DNA of 64,000 nt from Candidatus Acidiferrales bacterium (GTDB taxonomy: Bacteria; Acidobacteriota; Terriglobia; Acidiferrales; UBA7541): NCBI GenBank assembly GCA_035696345.1, contig DASRQU010000061.1:4599-68598 (forward strand). Reading direction: 5' to 3'. Below the pieces are notes generated by a model that was not told the origin of the DNA, ran no database searches, and was given only the letters and a program-made list of their open reading frames with translations. Shown here piece by piece: positions 45,813 to 54,573 of the stretch; positions within the stretch are counted from its first letter, which is position 1; each line of letters opens with the position of its first letter. Position numbers and translations under genes: made by a program.

Positions 45813-47015
45813 ATGAGACGCAAATTGTTCCCAGCAGGGATGTGTTTGGTAATGCTCGCGTCAGTGTCCATTTTTTCATTGCCCGCGAAGGCGCAGACCA
45901 CTTACAGCGTGAATGCCGGAGGCGAGACCAAGGATCAATCCGTCCAGGCGAATGCTTTTTTGCCGAATGAAGTGTGGTTACTCGAGGGAGACAGCATTAA
46001 GTGGACCTTCGCTCCCAAGAATGAAGTTCACACGGTTACGCTGCTGACGCCCGGCCAAATTCGGCCCTCAGCGCCCCCGCCAGCCGGACCTCCATTCGCG
46101 GTGCAGGGTGTGAACTGCGGACCCGCGGCCAGCTATGACGGTAGCGCGTGCGTATCCACTCCTGCGGGATTTAACGGTGGCGCGAATTTCACTGTGAAAT
46201 TTCCGAAAGCGGGCAACTACAAAGTTGTCTGCCTGATTCACACGGACATGACCGGCACGGTCCACGTTCTGGTCAACAACGCGGCCAACAGCGCGCTCAT
46301 CAAGAGCCAGCGCTACTACGATGATCAGGGACAGGATGAAGCGGAAGCGATTCTCGTGGACAACGACGGCAGCAGCGTGGATCGTGACGGATGGCGCAAT
46401 CGCCGGAATAGCGGTCACGCAGTGACTGCAGGCATCGGAGAGATCGTAGCGACGGGGGGAGGCTTGCAGTATCGCGCGGTCGTGCGCTATCTGCCGGGAG
46501 AAATTCATATTCACGCCGGCGAGTCCATCGTGTGGACGAATCTCGATCCGACTGAACCGCATACGGTTACGTTTGGCACCGAGCCCGCGGGATTTGTTCC
46601 CACACTCTATTCTCTACCCCCGGCTCTGTTGTTGCCTGCCGGCCCGCCTATTCCGAATCCGCCTGCTCCGTGCTCATCGACGGTCACGACAAATTGTACC
46701 GACCCGGGCACCGGCACAGTGATTGCAACGGTGAATTGCACCACTACTCCGCCTGCCACCGCGGGCACCACGCCGTGTAAGGCCGCTTTTAATCCGTCGG
46801 AGTTGTCTGTCAATCCCCCACCGCCGCCATTTGATGCATTCAGTTTCATCAACTCCGGATTCCTGCAAGCGAGCGTGCCGGATCGAACCGGAACGGCGCA
46901 AACACCGCCGGGAACGACGCGTATTCGCATTACGTTCCCCGACAAGGGCACGTATTACTATCACTGCGCGCTTCATGACGTTGATGGCATGAATGGCGCG
47001 GTGGTTGTTGAATAG
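45813..47015 (+). CDS. Secreted two-domain cupredoxin (two type-1 copper sites)
   Basis: GGAGGA RBS and a signal peptide. Site 1 is EVHTV ... CLIHTDM (C-x2-H-x2-M). Site 2 is EPHTV ... CALHDVDGM (C-x2-H-x4-M). The linker between the domains is Pro/Thr/Cys-rich. Confidence 0.8.
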   Translation: MRRKLFPAGMCLVMLASVSIFSLPAKAQTTYSVNAGGETKDQSVQANAFLPNEVWLLEGDSIKWTFAPKNEVHTVTLLTPGQIRPSAPPPAGPPFAVQGVNCGPAASYDGSACVSTPAGFNGGANFTVKFPKAGNYKVVCLIHTDMTGTVHVLVNNAANSALIKSQRYYDDQGQDEAEAILVDNDGSSVDRDGWRNRRNSGHAVTAGIGEIVATGGGLQYRAVVRYLPGEIHIHAGESIVWTNLDPTEPHTVTFGTEPAGFVPTLYSLPPALLLPAGPPIPNPPAPCSSTVTTNCTDPGTGTVIATVNCTTTPPATAGTTPCKAAFNPSELSVNPPPPPFDAFSFINSGFLQASVPDRTGTAQTPPGTTRIRITFPDKGTYYYHCALHDVDGMNGAVVVE

Positions 47016-47025
47016 TTTCCGGATC

Positions 47026-47694
47026 ATGCAAATGAAGTGGCGAGTATTGGTCAGGACCTTCCTGTTTTTGGTTTTCCTCTTGGGGATTTGTCACCGAGGG
47101 GCGGCTCAGGCGTCGAAAAGTAATCCTGGGTCCGCCTCTTCGGGTGGCTCCGAACCGAAATACCGGGGCGGACTCGTTTCACCGCCCCTGCCAAAACCAA
47201 AATTCGCGCTAACCGACACTTCGGGAGCTTCTTTCGATTTTTCAGCTATGACGCAGGGATATGTCACCCTTCTGTTTTTCGGATACACGCATTGCCCCGA
47301 TATGTGTCCGCTGCAGATGAACACACTTGGGCAGGCATTTCGGAAATTACCGCCGGTCAGCGCTGATCGATTCCGAGTAATCTTTGTGACGACGGATCCG
47401 GCGCGCGACACTCCCGCGGTGCTGCGTGCCTGGCTGGATCATTTCGATAAGCGGTTCATCGGCCTCACGGGAGCGCAAGCGGCGATAGACGCGGCTCAGA
47501 TGGCGGCAAACCTCGATCCCGCAAAAAAATCCGGCGTCCGCCCCGACGGGAATTATGAAGTTGGGCATTCTCTTTTTGTTTTCGCGTACACCAAAGACAA
47601 TCTGGCGCATTTGGTTTATCCCGGCGGCGTGCACGAAGACGACTGGTCGCACGATTTGCCGTTCCTTCCTTCGGAAACCTGGACCACGCATTAA
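47026..47694 (+). CDS. SCO1/SenC copper chaperone (thioredoxin fold)
   Basis: A signal or anchor segment. LLFFGYTHCPDMCP (CxxxC) and H in GHSLFVF. Confidence 0.85.
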   Translation: MQMKWRVLVRTFLFLVFLLGICHRGAAQASKSNPGSASSGGSEPKYRGGLVSPPLPKPKFALTDTSGASFDFSAMTQGYVTLLFFGYTHCPDMCPLQMNTLGQAFRKLPPVSADRFRVIFVTTDPARDTPAVLRAWLDHFDKRFIGLTGAQAAIDAAQMAANLDPAKKSGVRPDGNYEVGHSLFVFAYTKDNLAHLVYPGGVHEDDWSHDLPFLPSETWTTH

Positions 47695-47749
47695 ACTTTC
47701 TGTGAACTTCCGTTTGGTTTCATGCGAGATCCCCGGTATCGCAAAGATT

Positions 47750-47784
47750 CCGGTTTGCTGTGTGAGGCGGCCACAGCAAACCGG
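47750..47784 (+). other. Perfect 13-bp stem-loop between SCO1 and the PQQ-ADH gene
   Basis: CCGGTTTGCTGTG-tgaggcggc-CACAGCAAACCGG with no U-tract. A third GCAAACCGG copy lies at 47816-47824. Confidence 0.6.
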
Positions 47785-47887
47785 ATACAGCGGCGCCGAT
47801 TGCCGCGGCACGCATGCAAACCGGTTGTGCGGAGTCTGCGGGAAAGGTAGGATGCGGTTCTCGGATAAATTGAACAAGGAAGGTTTT

Positions 47888-49579
47888 ATGAACATGCACA
47901 CGTCGATTCGGCGGACGATACTATTTCTGACAATCGCTGTTGCGCTTGGTGCACCCGCGCACTCGGCGCAGCAGCAGGCTACGCCTCCGCCCATCACGGA
48001 ACAGGATCTGCTCGGCGGACTGAAAAATCCAACGCGCTGGTTGACGTTTTCCGGAGACTACAACGGGCAGCGGCACAGCCCATTAAAACAATTGACACCA
48101 CAAAACGTGGCGGGGCTTGTGCCGCAATGGATTTTTCAAACCGATGTGCCGGGAATGGCAGGACGCGGGATTGAGAACACGCCGATCGTGGTGGACGGAA
48201 TTTTATATGTGACAGGAAATAACGATACGGCGTGGGCGCTCGATGGCCGCACGGGCCAACCGATCTGGAGCTACCGCCGCATACTGCCCAACAATTTTAT
48301 TGTCAAGATTTGCTGCGGCCCCGTGAACCGCGGATTCGGAATCCTCGGCGACAAGCTGTACATGGGAACTCTGGACGCACATCTGGTCGCGCTCGACCGG
48401 AAAACAGGAGTGGTGATCTGGGATGTCGCGGTGGGCGATCTGAAAAAAGCGAACGCAATTACCGCAGCGCCGCTGGTGGTTAAAGACAAAGTGATTATCG
48501 GCGTCTCCGGTGGAGATTATTCGAGCCGTGGCTATATCGAATCGTTTAACGCGGAAACCGGGGCGCGGGAATGGCACTTCGATACGATCCCGATGCCGGG
48601 CGATCCGGGCAGCGATTCGTGGCCTAACTCCAATGTAGCGGCGCGTGGAGGAGGGGCGGTGTGGGTGACCGGGAGCTACGATCCGTCGCTGAATCTGGTT
48701 TACTACGGCACCGGCAATCCGAATCCGGATTATTACGGCGATGATCGCGAGGGCGACAATCTGTACACCTGTTCGCTCGTCGCGCTCGATCTCGACACTG
48801 GAAAATTGAAGTGGTACTACCAGTTCACGCCGCACGACGTGCATGATTGGGACTCCGCGCACGTGCCGGTGCAGGCCGATCTGAAAATCGGCGGGCAGCA
48901 GCACAAAGCAATCATGATGGCCAACCGCAACGGCTTTTTTTACACGCTGGATCGCGAAACGGGAAAGCTGCTGGTGGCGAAACCGTTTATTGATGGCTCG
49001 AATTGGGCGAAGGAAATCGGAAAGGACGGGCGCCCCATCATCCTGGACAACAATGGGACCCCGGATAAGTGTCTGCCCGATAATCATGGCGGGACAAATT
49101 TCCAGCCGCCTACGTTCGATCCTGAGCTGGGCTTATTTTTTGTGACCGCGCACGAAACTTGCGCCACTTGGCTGGGCGTTAAGCCGACGGAGCCGATTGA
49201 AATGGGCGTGCGCGTTCCAAGCGGCGGCCGTGAACTGGTGAGCGGGCATCCGCAATACTCCGCGCTCCGCGCAATCGATCCCACGACCGGGCAACGCAAG
49301 TGGGAACACAAGTACCGCGATTATCCTTCGACTGTTGGACTCGATTTGACCGGTGGAGTGATGTCCACGGCTTCGGGCTTGGTGTTTACGGGAGACAACG
49401 AAGGATATTTTCATGCGTTCGAGGGCGCCACCGGGAAAGAATTGTGGAAATTTCAAACCGGCGCGCCGGTGTGGGGATCCGCGGCCGTTACTTACATGCT
49501 CGACGGCCGACAGTGGGTGGTGACTACGGCAGGGTTGACGTTTACGGCATTTGCGCTGCCGACTGCGCCGGCACATTGA
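47888..49579 (+). CDS. Periplasmic PQQ-dependent alcohol dehydrogenase (type I quinoprotein, 8-bladed propeller)
   Basis: AAGGAAGG RBS and signal peptide MNMHTSIRRTILFLTIAVALGAPAHSA. W-motifs, the vicinal Cys pair KICCGP, and FTPHDVHDWDSAH in the active-site region. No cytochrome domain. Confidence 0.9.
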   Translation: MNMHTSIRRTILFLTIAVALGAPAHSAQQQATPPPITEQDLLGGLKNPTRWLTFSGDYNGQRHSPLKQLTPQNVAGLVPQWIFQTDVPGMAGRGIENTPIVVDGILYVTGNNDTAWALDGRTGQPIWSYRRILPNNFIVKICCGPVNRGFGILGDKLYMGTLDAHLVALDRKTGVVIWDVAVGDLKKANAITAAPLVVKDKVIIGVSGGDYSSRGYIESFNAETGAREWHFDTIPMPGDPGSDSWPNSNVAARGGGAVWVTGSYDPSLNLVYYGTGNPNPDYYGDDREGDNLYTCSLVALDLDTGKLKWYYQFTPHDVHDWDSAHVPVQADLKIGGQQHKAIMMANRNGFFYTLDRETGKLLVAKPFIDGSNWAKEIGKDGRPIILDNNGTPDKCLPDNHGGTNFQPPTFDPELGLFFVTAHETCATWLGVKPTEPIEMGVRVPSGGRELVSGHPQYSALRAIDPTTGQRKWEHKYRDYPSTVGLDLTGGVMSTASGLVFTGDNEGYFHAFEGATGKELWKFQTGAPVWGSAAVTYMLDGRQWVVTTAGLTFTAFALPTAPAH

Positions 49580-49694
49580 GCGTTGGCGGCAGGCAGGTGT
49601 GACGGCGGGTAAGCCGGGGTTGTAACGCCGTCGGTTCCCCAGCGGTTTCTTGCTCCGCGTGGAGAAAGACGAAAACTGCAGGCGGAGGCTGGCG

Positions 49695-50825
49695 CTACGA
49701 AACCGTAGTGGATTCCAAGTTGCCCTTCCACGAATTTTTCATTTCGCGCTCCAGCAGTTTAATCTGGATGAGATGCTTTGGATTCATCGGCAACGACGGG
49801 TAGTAGCAATTCGATTCGTGGGTGCAGAAGCAGCCGTCCGCGGCTTTTTTGCGGCGCGTCTCCATGGCACTCGAAAACCACAGTTTTTTGAAATTCCAGT
49901 CGTGGTCGCGCAAATTTCCAACGGGCTCCAGAATTTCGCAGGAGGAAACGGTGCCTTCATCGTAGATCACTCCACCCGCGGTTCCGGCGTAGCACGTCAG
50001 CTGGGCCTGCTGCGTCTCCTGCGTTTTCGCTATCAAGCCGTGCATGTACACATCGAGAGCCGCCTTAAAAAACCCGTTGTCGCCGGCGTAATGGTTTTTG
50101 ATTGCGCCGTGGCGTGAATCCTCATCGATCTTAGCCGCGAGCTGGGCGTAGCGCTCGCTATCGATTTCCAATTCCTTTTGATTTGCTACTGGAGGACGAA
50201 TGTAATTGAAATTAATTTTGTCGGGTTTCAATTCATATTTAAGAAAATCGTACCATTCAAAAATTGTTTCTTGATTGGAGTTCATGAAGCAGGTGCAGCT
50301 TTGCACGTCGAGCCGTGGATATTCTCTCTTCATTTGTTGCAACTGGCGCGCCGTATCGATAACAATGCCCCACGATCCTGGCTTCTGGCGAATGGCGTCA
50401 TGCTGTGGCCGCAAACCGTCTATGCCCAGCGCTATGGTGATATTCAAATTCGGGCACTCCTGCAACATGCGAAGCGTATCGGGAAAAATTCGCGGCTGAA
50501 TCTGGCCGTTGGAAGTGATGTAAAGAGATTCAAGTTTATTGTTGGTGTAAAAGGCGCGAGCGATCGCCGGTAAATCTTTTCGTATAAACGGCTCACCGCC
50601 CGCGAGAACCAGCACGCCCAGATTGCCGCCGAGTGTTTCTGAAATTTTCTCAATCTCGCCCGTGGTCATTTGTAACTTCTTGCGCGGCGCGTCATCCAGC
50701 TGTTCGGTGAAAAAACAATGCGTGCAGCGCATGTCGCACACGGATGTGACCAGAATGTTCAGCATGGCGGGCGAGAATGGCTGCCCCATGGCCAACTTCG
50801 CGTAGCGTTTTAGAAGATCATTCAT
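49695..50825 (-). CDS. Radical SAM enzyme with SPASM/twitch-like C-terminal Cys domain, substrate unknown
   Basis: CDMRCTHC (Cx3Cx2C) and LAGGEPF. C-terminal CYAGTAGGVIYDEGTVSSC (C-x12-G-x4-C) and GCFCTHESNC. Confidence 0.85.
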   Translation of the reverse strand: MNDLLKRYAKLAMGQPFSPAMLNILVTSVCDMRCTHCFFTEQLDDAPRKKLQMTTGEIEKISETLGGNLGVLVLAGGEPFIRKDLPAIARAFYTNNKLESLYITSNGQIQPRIFPDTLRMLQECPNLNITIALGIDGLRPQHDAIRQKPGSWGIVIDTARQLQQMKREYPRLDVQSCTCFMNSNQETIFEWYDFLKYELKPDKINFNYIRPPVANQKELEIDSERYAQLAAKIDEDSRHGAIKNHYAGDNGFFKAALDVYMHGLIAKTQETQQAQLTCYAGTAGGVIYDEGTVSSCEILEPVGNLRDHDWNFKKLWFSSAMETRRKKAADGCFCTHESNCYYPSLPMNPKHLIQIKLLEREMKNSWKGNLESTTVS

Positions 50826-50923
50826 CGTGTGTGCCGCAAATTTCCTGCTCTATGCTGCTCTCCTGATGACCTTACGCCTGGGACTTTCTCGGGTCAACGA
50901 GCGATTTTCTCGACGTGTTGCAT

Positions 50924-52198
50924 TTATGCCGCTTCAAACGGCAAATCAGGGCGCAATCGCGACGCAAGAACTGCGCCAATAAGCAGCAGCATCACTGAAC
51001 CAATAAACGGAATGACCCAGCTACCTGTTTTATCGACCAGATATCCGAAACTCGACGGCGAAATAATTCCGGCAATACCAAAGCCGAAATTCATCATGCC
51101 GCTGGCTGAGCCTGCGTATTGGGGCGCGATGTCCATAGGCATCGACCAGATCGGTGCGACGATGAGTTCCGCGAAAAAGAATGCCAGCGACAGGCAAATG
51201 GCCGCCACGGTTAAATTGTGGATCAGGATTACCGGCAACAGAAAAACGAAGGCTCCGGCAAAACCGACAACGATAACGTAACGGCGCGCGATCACCAGGT
51301 TTCCCGTTTTGCGAAGCAGACGATCGCTGGCCAACCCACCCACGGTATCGCCAACGACTCCAGCGAAAAACACCCCTGCAGAAAACAATGCCGAGGCCTG
51401 GAGTTTTAAGTGATAGTTTTCAAAGAAGAACGCGGGAATCCAGCTGAGAAAAAGCCAAAGCGTCCAGCCATAGCAAAAATCGACAACCGTGACCGGAAAC
51501 ATGCGTCGAGCGAGACGAATCCACGGAACACTCTGATGCCTGATCGTCCGTGGCGGAGGCAACATGGCTAGATCAGTTGCGGTGATTGCAAAATGTTCAC
51601 GGGGATCGTCGCGAAAATACCAGGTCCACACGCACAGCCACGCGAGACTTAGTAACCCCACGATTACAAACGATCCGCGCCAGGATACCCACACGAGGAG
51701 CCCGACGATCAGCGGCGGCGTGAGCGCATTGCCGATGCGGGCAAAGGAATGCGTAATGCCCTGCGCGAATCCCCAGCGAGATTTTGGCGTCCAACTGGCC
51801 ATGGCGCGCGTTGCGGTCGGGAATGCAGCGCCCTCGCCAAAGCCGAGAAGGATGCGGGCTAAAAAGAGCGACGGAAATCCGGCGGCCGCGCCCGTCAACA
51901 TGGTGGCCGCAGCAACGACGGCGCTGCACAGAATCAGGGTGAGCCGCGCGCCAAACCTGTCGCCGATCCAGCCGCCTGCAAGCTGAAACAACGCGTACGG
52001 AAAAGCAAATGCGGAAAACGCCAAGCCGAGCTGCGTGTTGCTGAGATTTAAATCCGCACGAAGCAAGGGAGCGGCAATCGAGATGTTCACGCGATTGATA
52101 TAAAGAATTAGATAGCTGGCGCAGAGCAACGCAAGCACTACGTTCGGCGCGGTCATCCATTTTGCGGACGCAGTTTGAGTACGGTCGTCCATCTTCAC
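50924..52198 (-). CDS. MFS transporter (anion:cation symporter-like)
   Basis: 12 predicted TM segments. GGWIGDRFGAR is an MFS loop 2-3 motif. The start overlaps the upstream MFS stop (ATGA). Confidence 0.85.
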   Translation of the reverse strand: MKMDDRTQTASAKWMTAPNVVLALLCASYLILYINRVNISIAAPLLRADLNLSNTQLGLAFSAFAFPYALFQLAGGWIGDRFGARLTLILCSAVVAAATMLTGAAAGFPSLFLARILLGFGEGAAFPTATRAMASWTPKSRWGFAQGITHSFARIGNALTPPLIVGLLVWVSWRGSFVIVGLLSLAWLCVWTWYFRDDPREHFAITATDLAMLPPPRTIRHQSVPWIRLARRMFPVTVVDFCYGWTLWLFLSWIPAFFFENYHLKLQASALFSAGVFFAGVVGDTVGGLASDRLLRKTGNLVIARRYVIVVGFAGAFVFLLPVILIHNLTVAAICLSLAFFFAELIVAPIWSMPMDIAPQYAGSASGMMNFGFGIAGIISPSSFGYLVDKTGSWVIPFIGSVMLLLIGAVLASRLRPDLPFEAA

Positions 52199-53613
52199 GG
52201 CGCGATTTCCTCAAGGCGCCGGTCGCTGGTTTCCACCATGCGGGTCGCGGCAATTGCGCCTATCACGCTGACGGCCGCGAACATCAGGAAAACGGAGTGA
52301 ATGCCGCTCGCACCGACCATGAAACCCACGAGCGCGGGGCCCACCGCCGAGGCAATTCTCAACCACGAAGTGGCGAGACCAGTTCCAATCGCGCGCATGC
52401 GCGTGGGATAAATTTCCGGTGTGTAGAGGTAAAGGATCGCGTTGATAGAGCCGATGAGACCGTAGCCCAGCGTGCCAAAAATCATCACGCTCATTGCATT
52501 CCTCGCACCGGTGATTCCCAGGTACGCTAGCATTCCGCCGCCCAGAATAAATGCGGCTACGGTCCAGTTTCTGCGGCCGACGCGGTCGATGGTGAATGCA
52601 CAAATGAGCAGGACGGCGACCTGTGCGATGTTGGTCATGGAAGCGGCGCGCAGCGATTCGCGCAAGCTGAGGTGATACACAGTGTTGTAGAGGCTGGCCA
52701 TCCAGTTATTCAGACCGTTAGCAATAAAAAAGGCGCTGGCCCACAGCAGCCACACGATCAGCGTGCGTCCCCGGTAAAAGTGGGAAAGCAGCTCTGTCCA
52801 TCTTCCTCGCCGCGATAAATTCGGAACTATCGCGTCGCCCGAATTTTCCGCCGTAAGCACTCTGTGCGAAGTGCTAGCCTCGATCTGCTCGACAATTTTT
52901 TCCGCTTCCGCAAGACGGCCCTTGGAAATCAGCCACCTTGGCGATTCCGGTAAACGCGCCACAAGATACGCGATGAGGAGCCCGGGAATTCCGCCGAATA
53001 GAAAAATTGACTGCCATCCGAACGCGGGTACGAACCACGCGCCCAGTTGCCCTGTGGCCAGCAGTCCCAGAGGAAAAATCATTTCGTACAGCAGAAAAAA
53101 TCTACCGCGCCCGTGCGCGCGGGACAATTCGTTGATGTAGGTCGCCGCCACAGGCATTTCGCCGCCCACGCCGATTCCCTGCACGAGCCTGCACGCAAGC
53201 AGCGCGGGAAAAGTTCCAGCCAGCGCGCATCCAAAACTTAGGATGGACATGATGGCGATGGCCGCAGTTGTGCCGCGGATGCGTCCCACTTTTTCGGCGA
53301 GCGCGCTGAACGCCAAAGCCCCGGCAAGTTGACCTACGTAGCTTGCGGAAATCAGCAAGCCAATTTGTTTGGGAGAAATGTGCCACAGCCGAATTAAAGT
53401 GGGCAGCGCGAATGCAAGCGACAACGCATTGAACGCGTCAAAAAAAGTGGCGCTGCCCATGATGAGGCGCGCATTCCTGTGCCACGAGGAAAATGGCACC
53501 CGCTCCATACGCGCGAGCAGATTTTGCGCGCCGGTAGCGCCGCGTCTAGATTGTTCGCTTTCCTGCAATTCGGCGCCCACCGGTCCGTTCGTGGAGTTCA
53601 CTGCATCTCGCAA
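52195..53613 (-). CDS. MFS transporter (sugar-porter / aromatic-acid:H+ symporter-like)
   Basis: ALAEKVGRIRG, PESPRWL and EIYPTRMRAIGTG are sugar-porter family motifs. Confidence 0.85.
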   Translation of the reverse strand: MRDAVNSTNGPVGAELQESEQSRRGATGAQNLLARMERVPFSSWHRNARLIMGSATFFDAFNALSLAFALPTLIRLWHISPKQIGLLISASYVGQLAGALAFSALAEKVGRIRGTTAAIAIMSILSFGCALAGTFPALLACRLVQGIGVGGEMPVAATYINELSRAHGRGRFFLLYEMIFPLGLLATGQLGAWFVPAFGWQSIFLFGGIPGLLIAYLVARLPESPRWLISKGRLAEAEKIVEQIEASTSHRVLTAENSGDAIVPNLSRRGRWTELLSHFYRGRTLIVWLLWASAFFIANGLNNWMASLYNTVYHLSLRESLRAASMTNIAQVAVLLICAFTIDRVGRRNWTVAAFILGGGMLAYLGITGARNAMSVMIFGTLGYGLIGSINAILYLYTPEIYPTRMRAIGTGLATSWLRIASAVGPALVGFMVGASGIHSVFLMFAAVSVIGAIAATRMVETSDRRLEEIAP

Positions 53614-53668
53614 TCGATCTAAGAATAAATTCCGAAATCGTGGAAATGAAATAGACGGGCAACCTTAC

Positions 53669-53734
53669 TGTAGCGCTAACCTTCAGGTTGGCATTTTTAA
53701 CTTTGGAACCATGGGCCCGTGAAGGCGGGCGCTA
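53669..53734. repeat. Paired REP-like element (TGTAGCGC...CTTCAGG family, one arm degenerate)
   Basis: TGTAGCGCTAACCTTCAGGTTGGCA ... GGCCCGTGAAGGCGGGCGCTA. Confidence 0.7.
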
Positions 53735-53742
53735 ATTTCATT

Positions 53743-54549
53743 TTAAATTCGTTTTACTAAAGCTAGAAGTTGCTCCGCAATTTGGTCCGGACATTCAACG
53801 GGGGTCAAATGGCGGCCGCCGGGAATAATGGTCAAAGTCGAACCACGGATTGCGCCGTGCAATCCCTGCGACATGGCTACGGGCGTTGCGTAATCTTCAT
53901 CTCCGACAATGACGTCTACGGGCACGCGCAGCGCGGGCAAAAACGGACGTAAATCGGCTTCGCCAAGCATCACGCAGGTTGCCGCATAGCAATCCACATC
54001 GTTTGCGAGAAAAATCTCGGTCATTTGCCTGCCCACATCGGGATGCTCGGCGCGAAATTTGTCGCTGAACCATCGCGTGACTTGAAAATCCACCATTCCC
54101 GCGAGGCCTTTCGACCGCGCAGCCGCGGCGCGCTCCTTCCAATTTTTAGGAGCATCCGGTCCGTACCAGGGCGTCGTGTCGATGAGCCCGAGCGCGTTTA
54201 CGCGATCGGCATAGTGGGCCGCGAAGGCTTGGGCGACACATCCGCCCATGGAGCATCCTGCGACGGCGGCGGACGCCCAGCCAACGTGATCGAGCAATTC
54301 CGCCAAATCTTTCGCAAACAGTTCGGTGGTAAAATTTGAAGCTTCGCGGCCGGAGTGGCCGTGTCCGCGGCAATCGTACGTGAGAACTTCAACGTGGCCC
54401 GCCATTCTGTTGGCAACGCCGTCCCAGACGCTTTTGTCCAGCGCAAGGGAATGAATGAGGGCCAAACGCGGCGCACCTGATCTGGAAGATGGCCGCATTT
54501 GATACGAAATCGCGCAATGGTCGGAAGTCGTGAACGTGTTATCCTGCAA
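53743..54549 (-). CDS. Alpha/beta hydrolase (3-oxoadipate enol-lactonase-like)
   Basis: LIHSLALD, RGHGHS and the nucleophile elbow GCSMGG. Ends with C-terminal GGRHLTPVE. Confidence 0.85.
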   Translation of the reverse strand: MQDNTFTTSDHCAISYQMRPSSRSGAPRLALIHSLALDKSVWDGVANRMAGHVEVLTYDCRGHGHSGREASNFTTELFAKDLAELLDHVGWASAAVAGCSMGGCVAQAFAAHYADRVNALGLIDTTPWYGPDAPKNWKERAAAARSKGLAGMVDFQVTRWFSDKFRAEHPDVGRQMTEIFLANDVDCYAATCVMLGEADLRPFLPALRVPVDVIVGDEDYATPVAMSQGLHGAIRGSTLTIIPGGRHLTPVECPDQIAEQLLALVKRI

Positions 54550-54573
54550 AACAATTCCCCTGAACGGTTTTTC

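Noticed and set aside
49695-50825. The possibility that the radical SAM/SPASM gene next to the PQQ-ADH is pqqE.
   Set aside because: It is convergent to the ADH gene. No pqqA, pqqB, pqqC or pqqD genes are present. The N-terminal cluster context (VTSVCDMRCTHCFF) and overall sequence do not resemble PqqE as I recall it.
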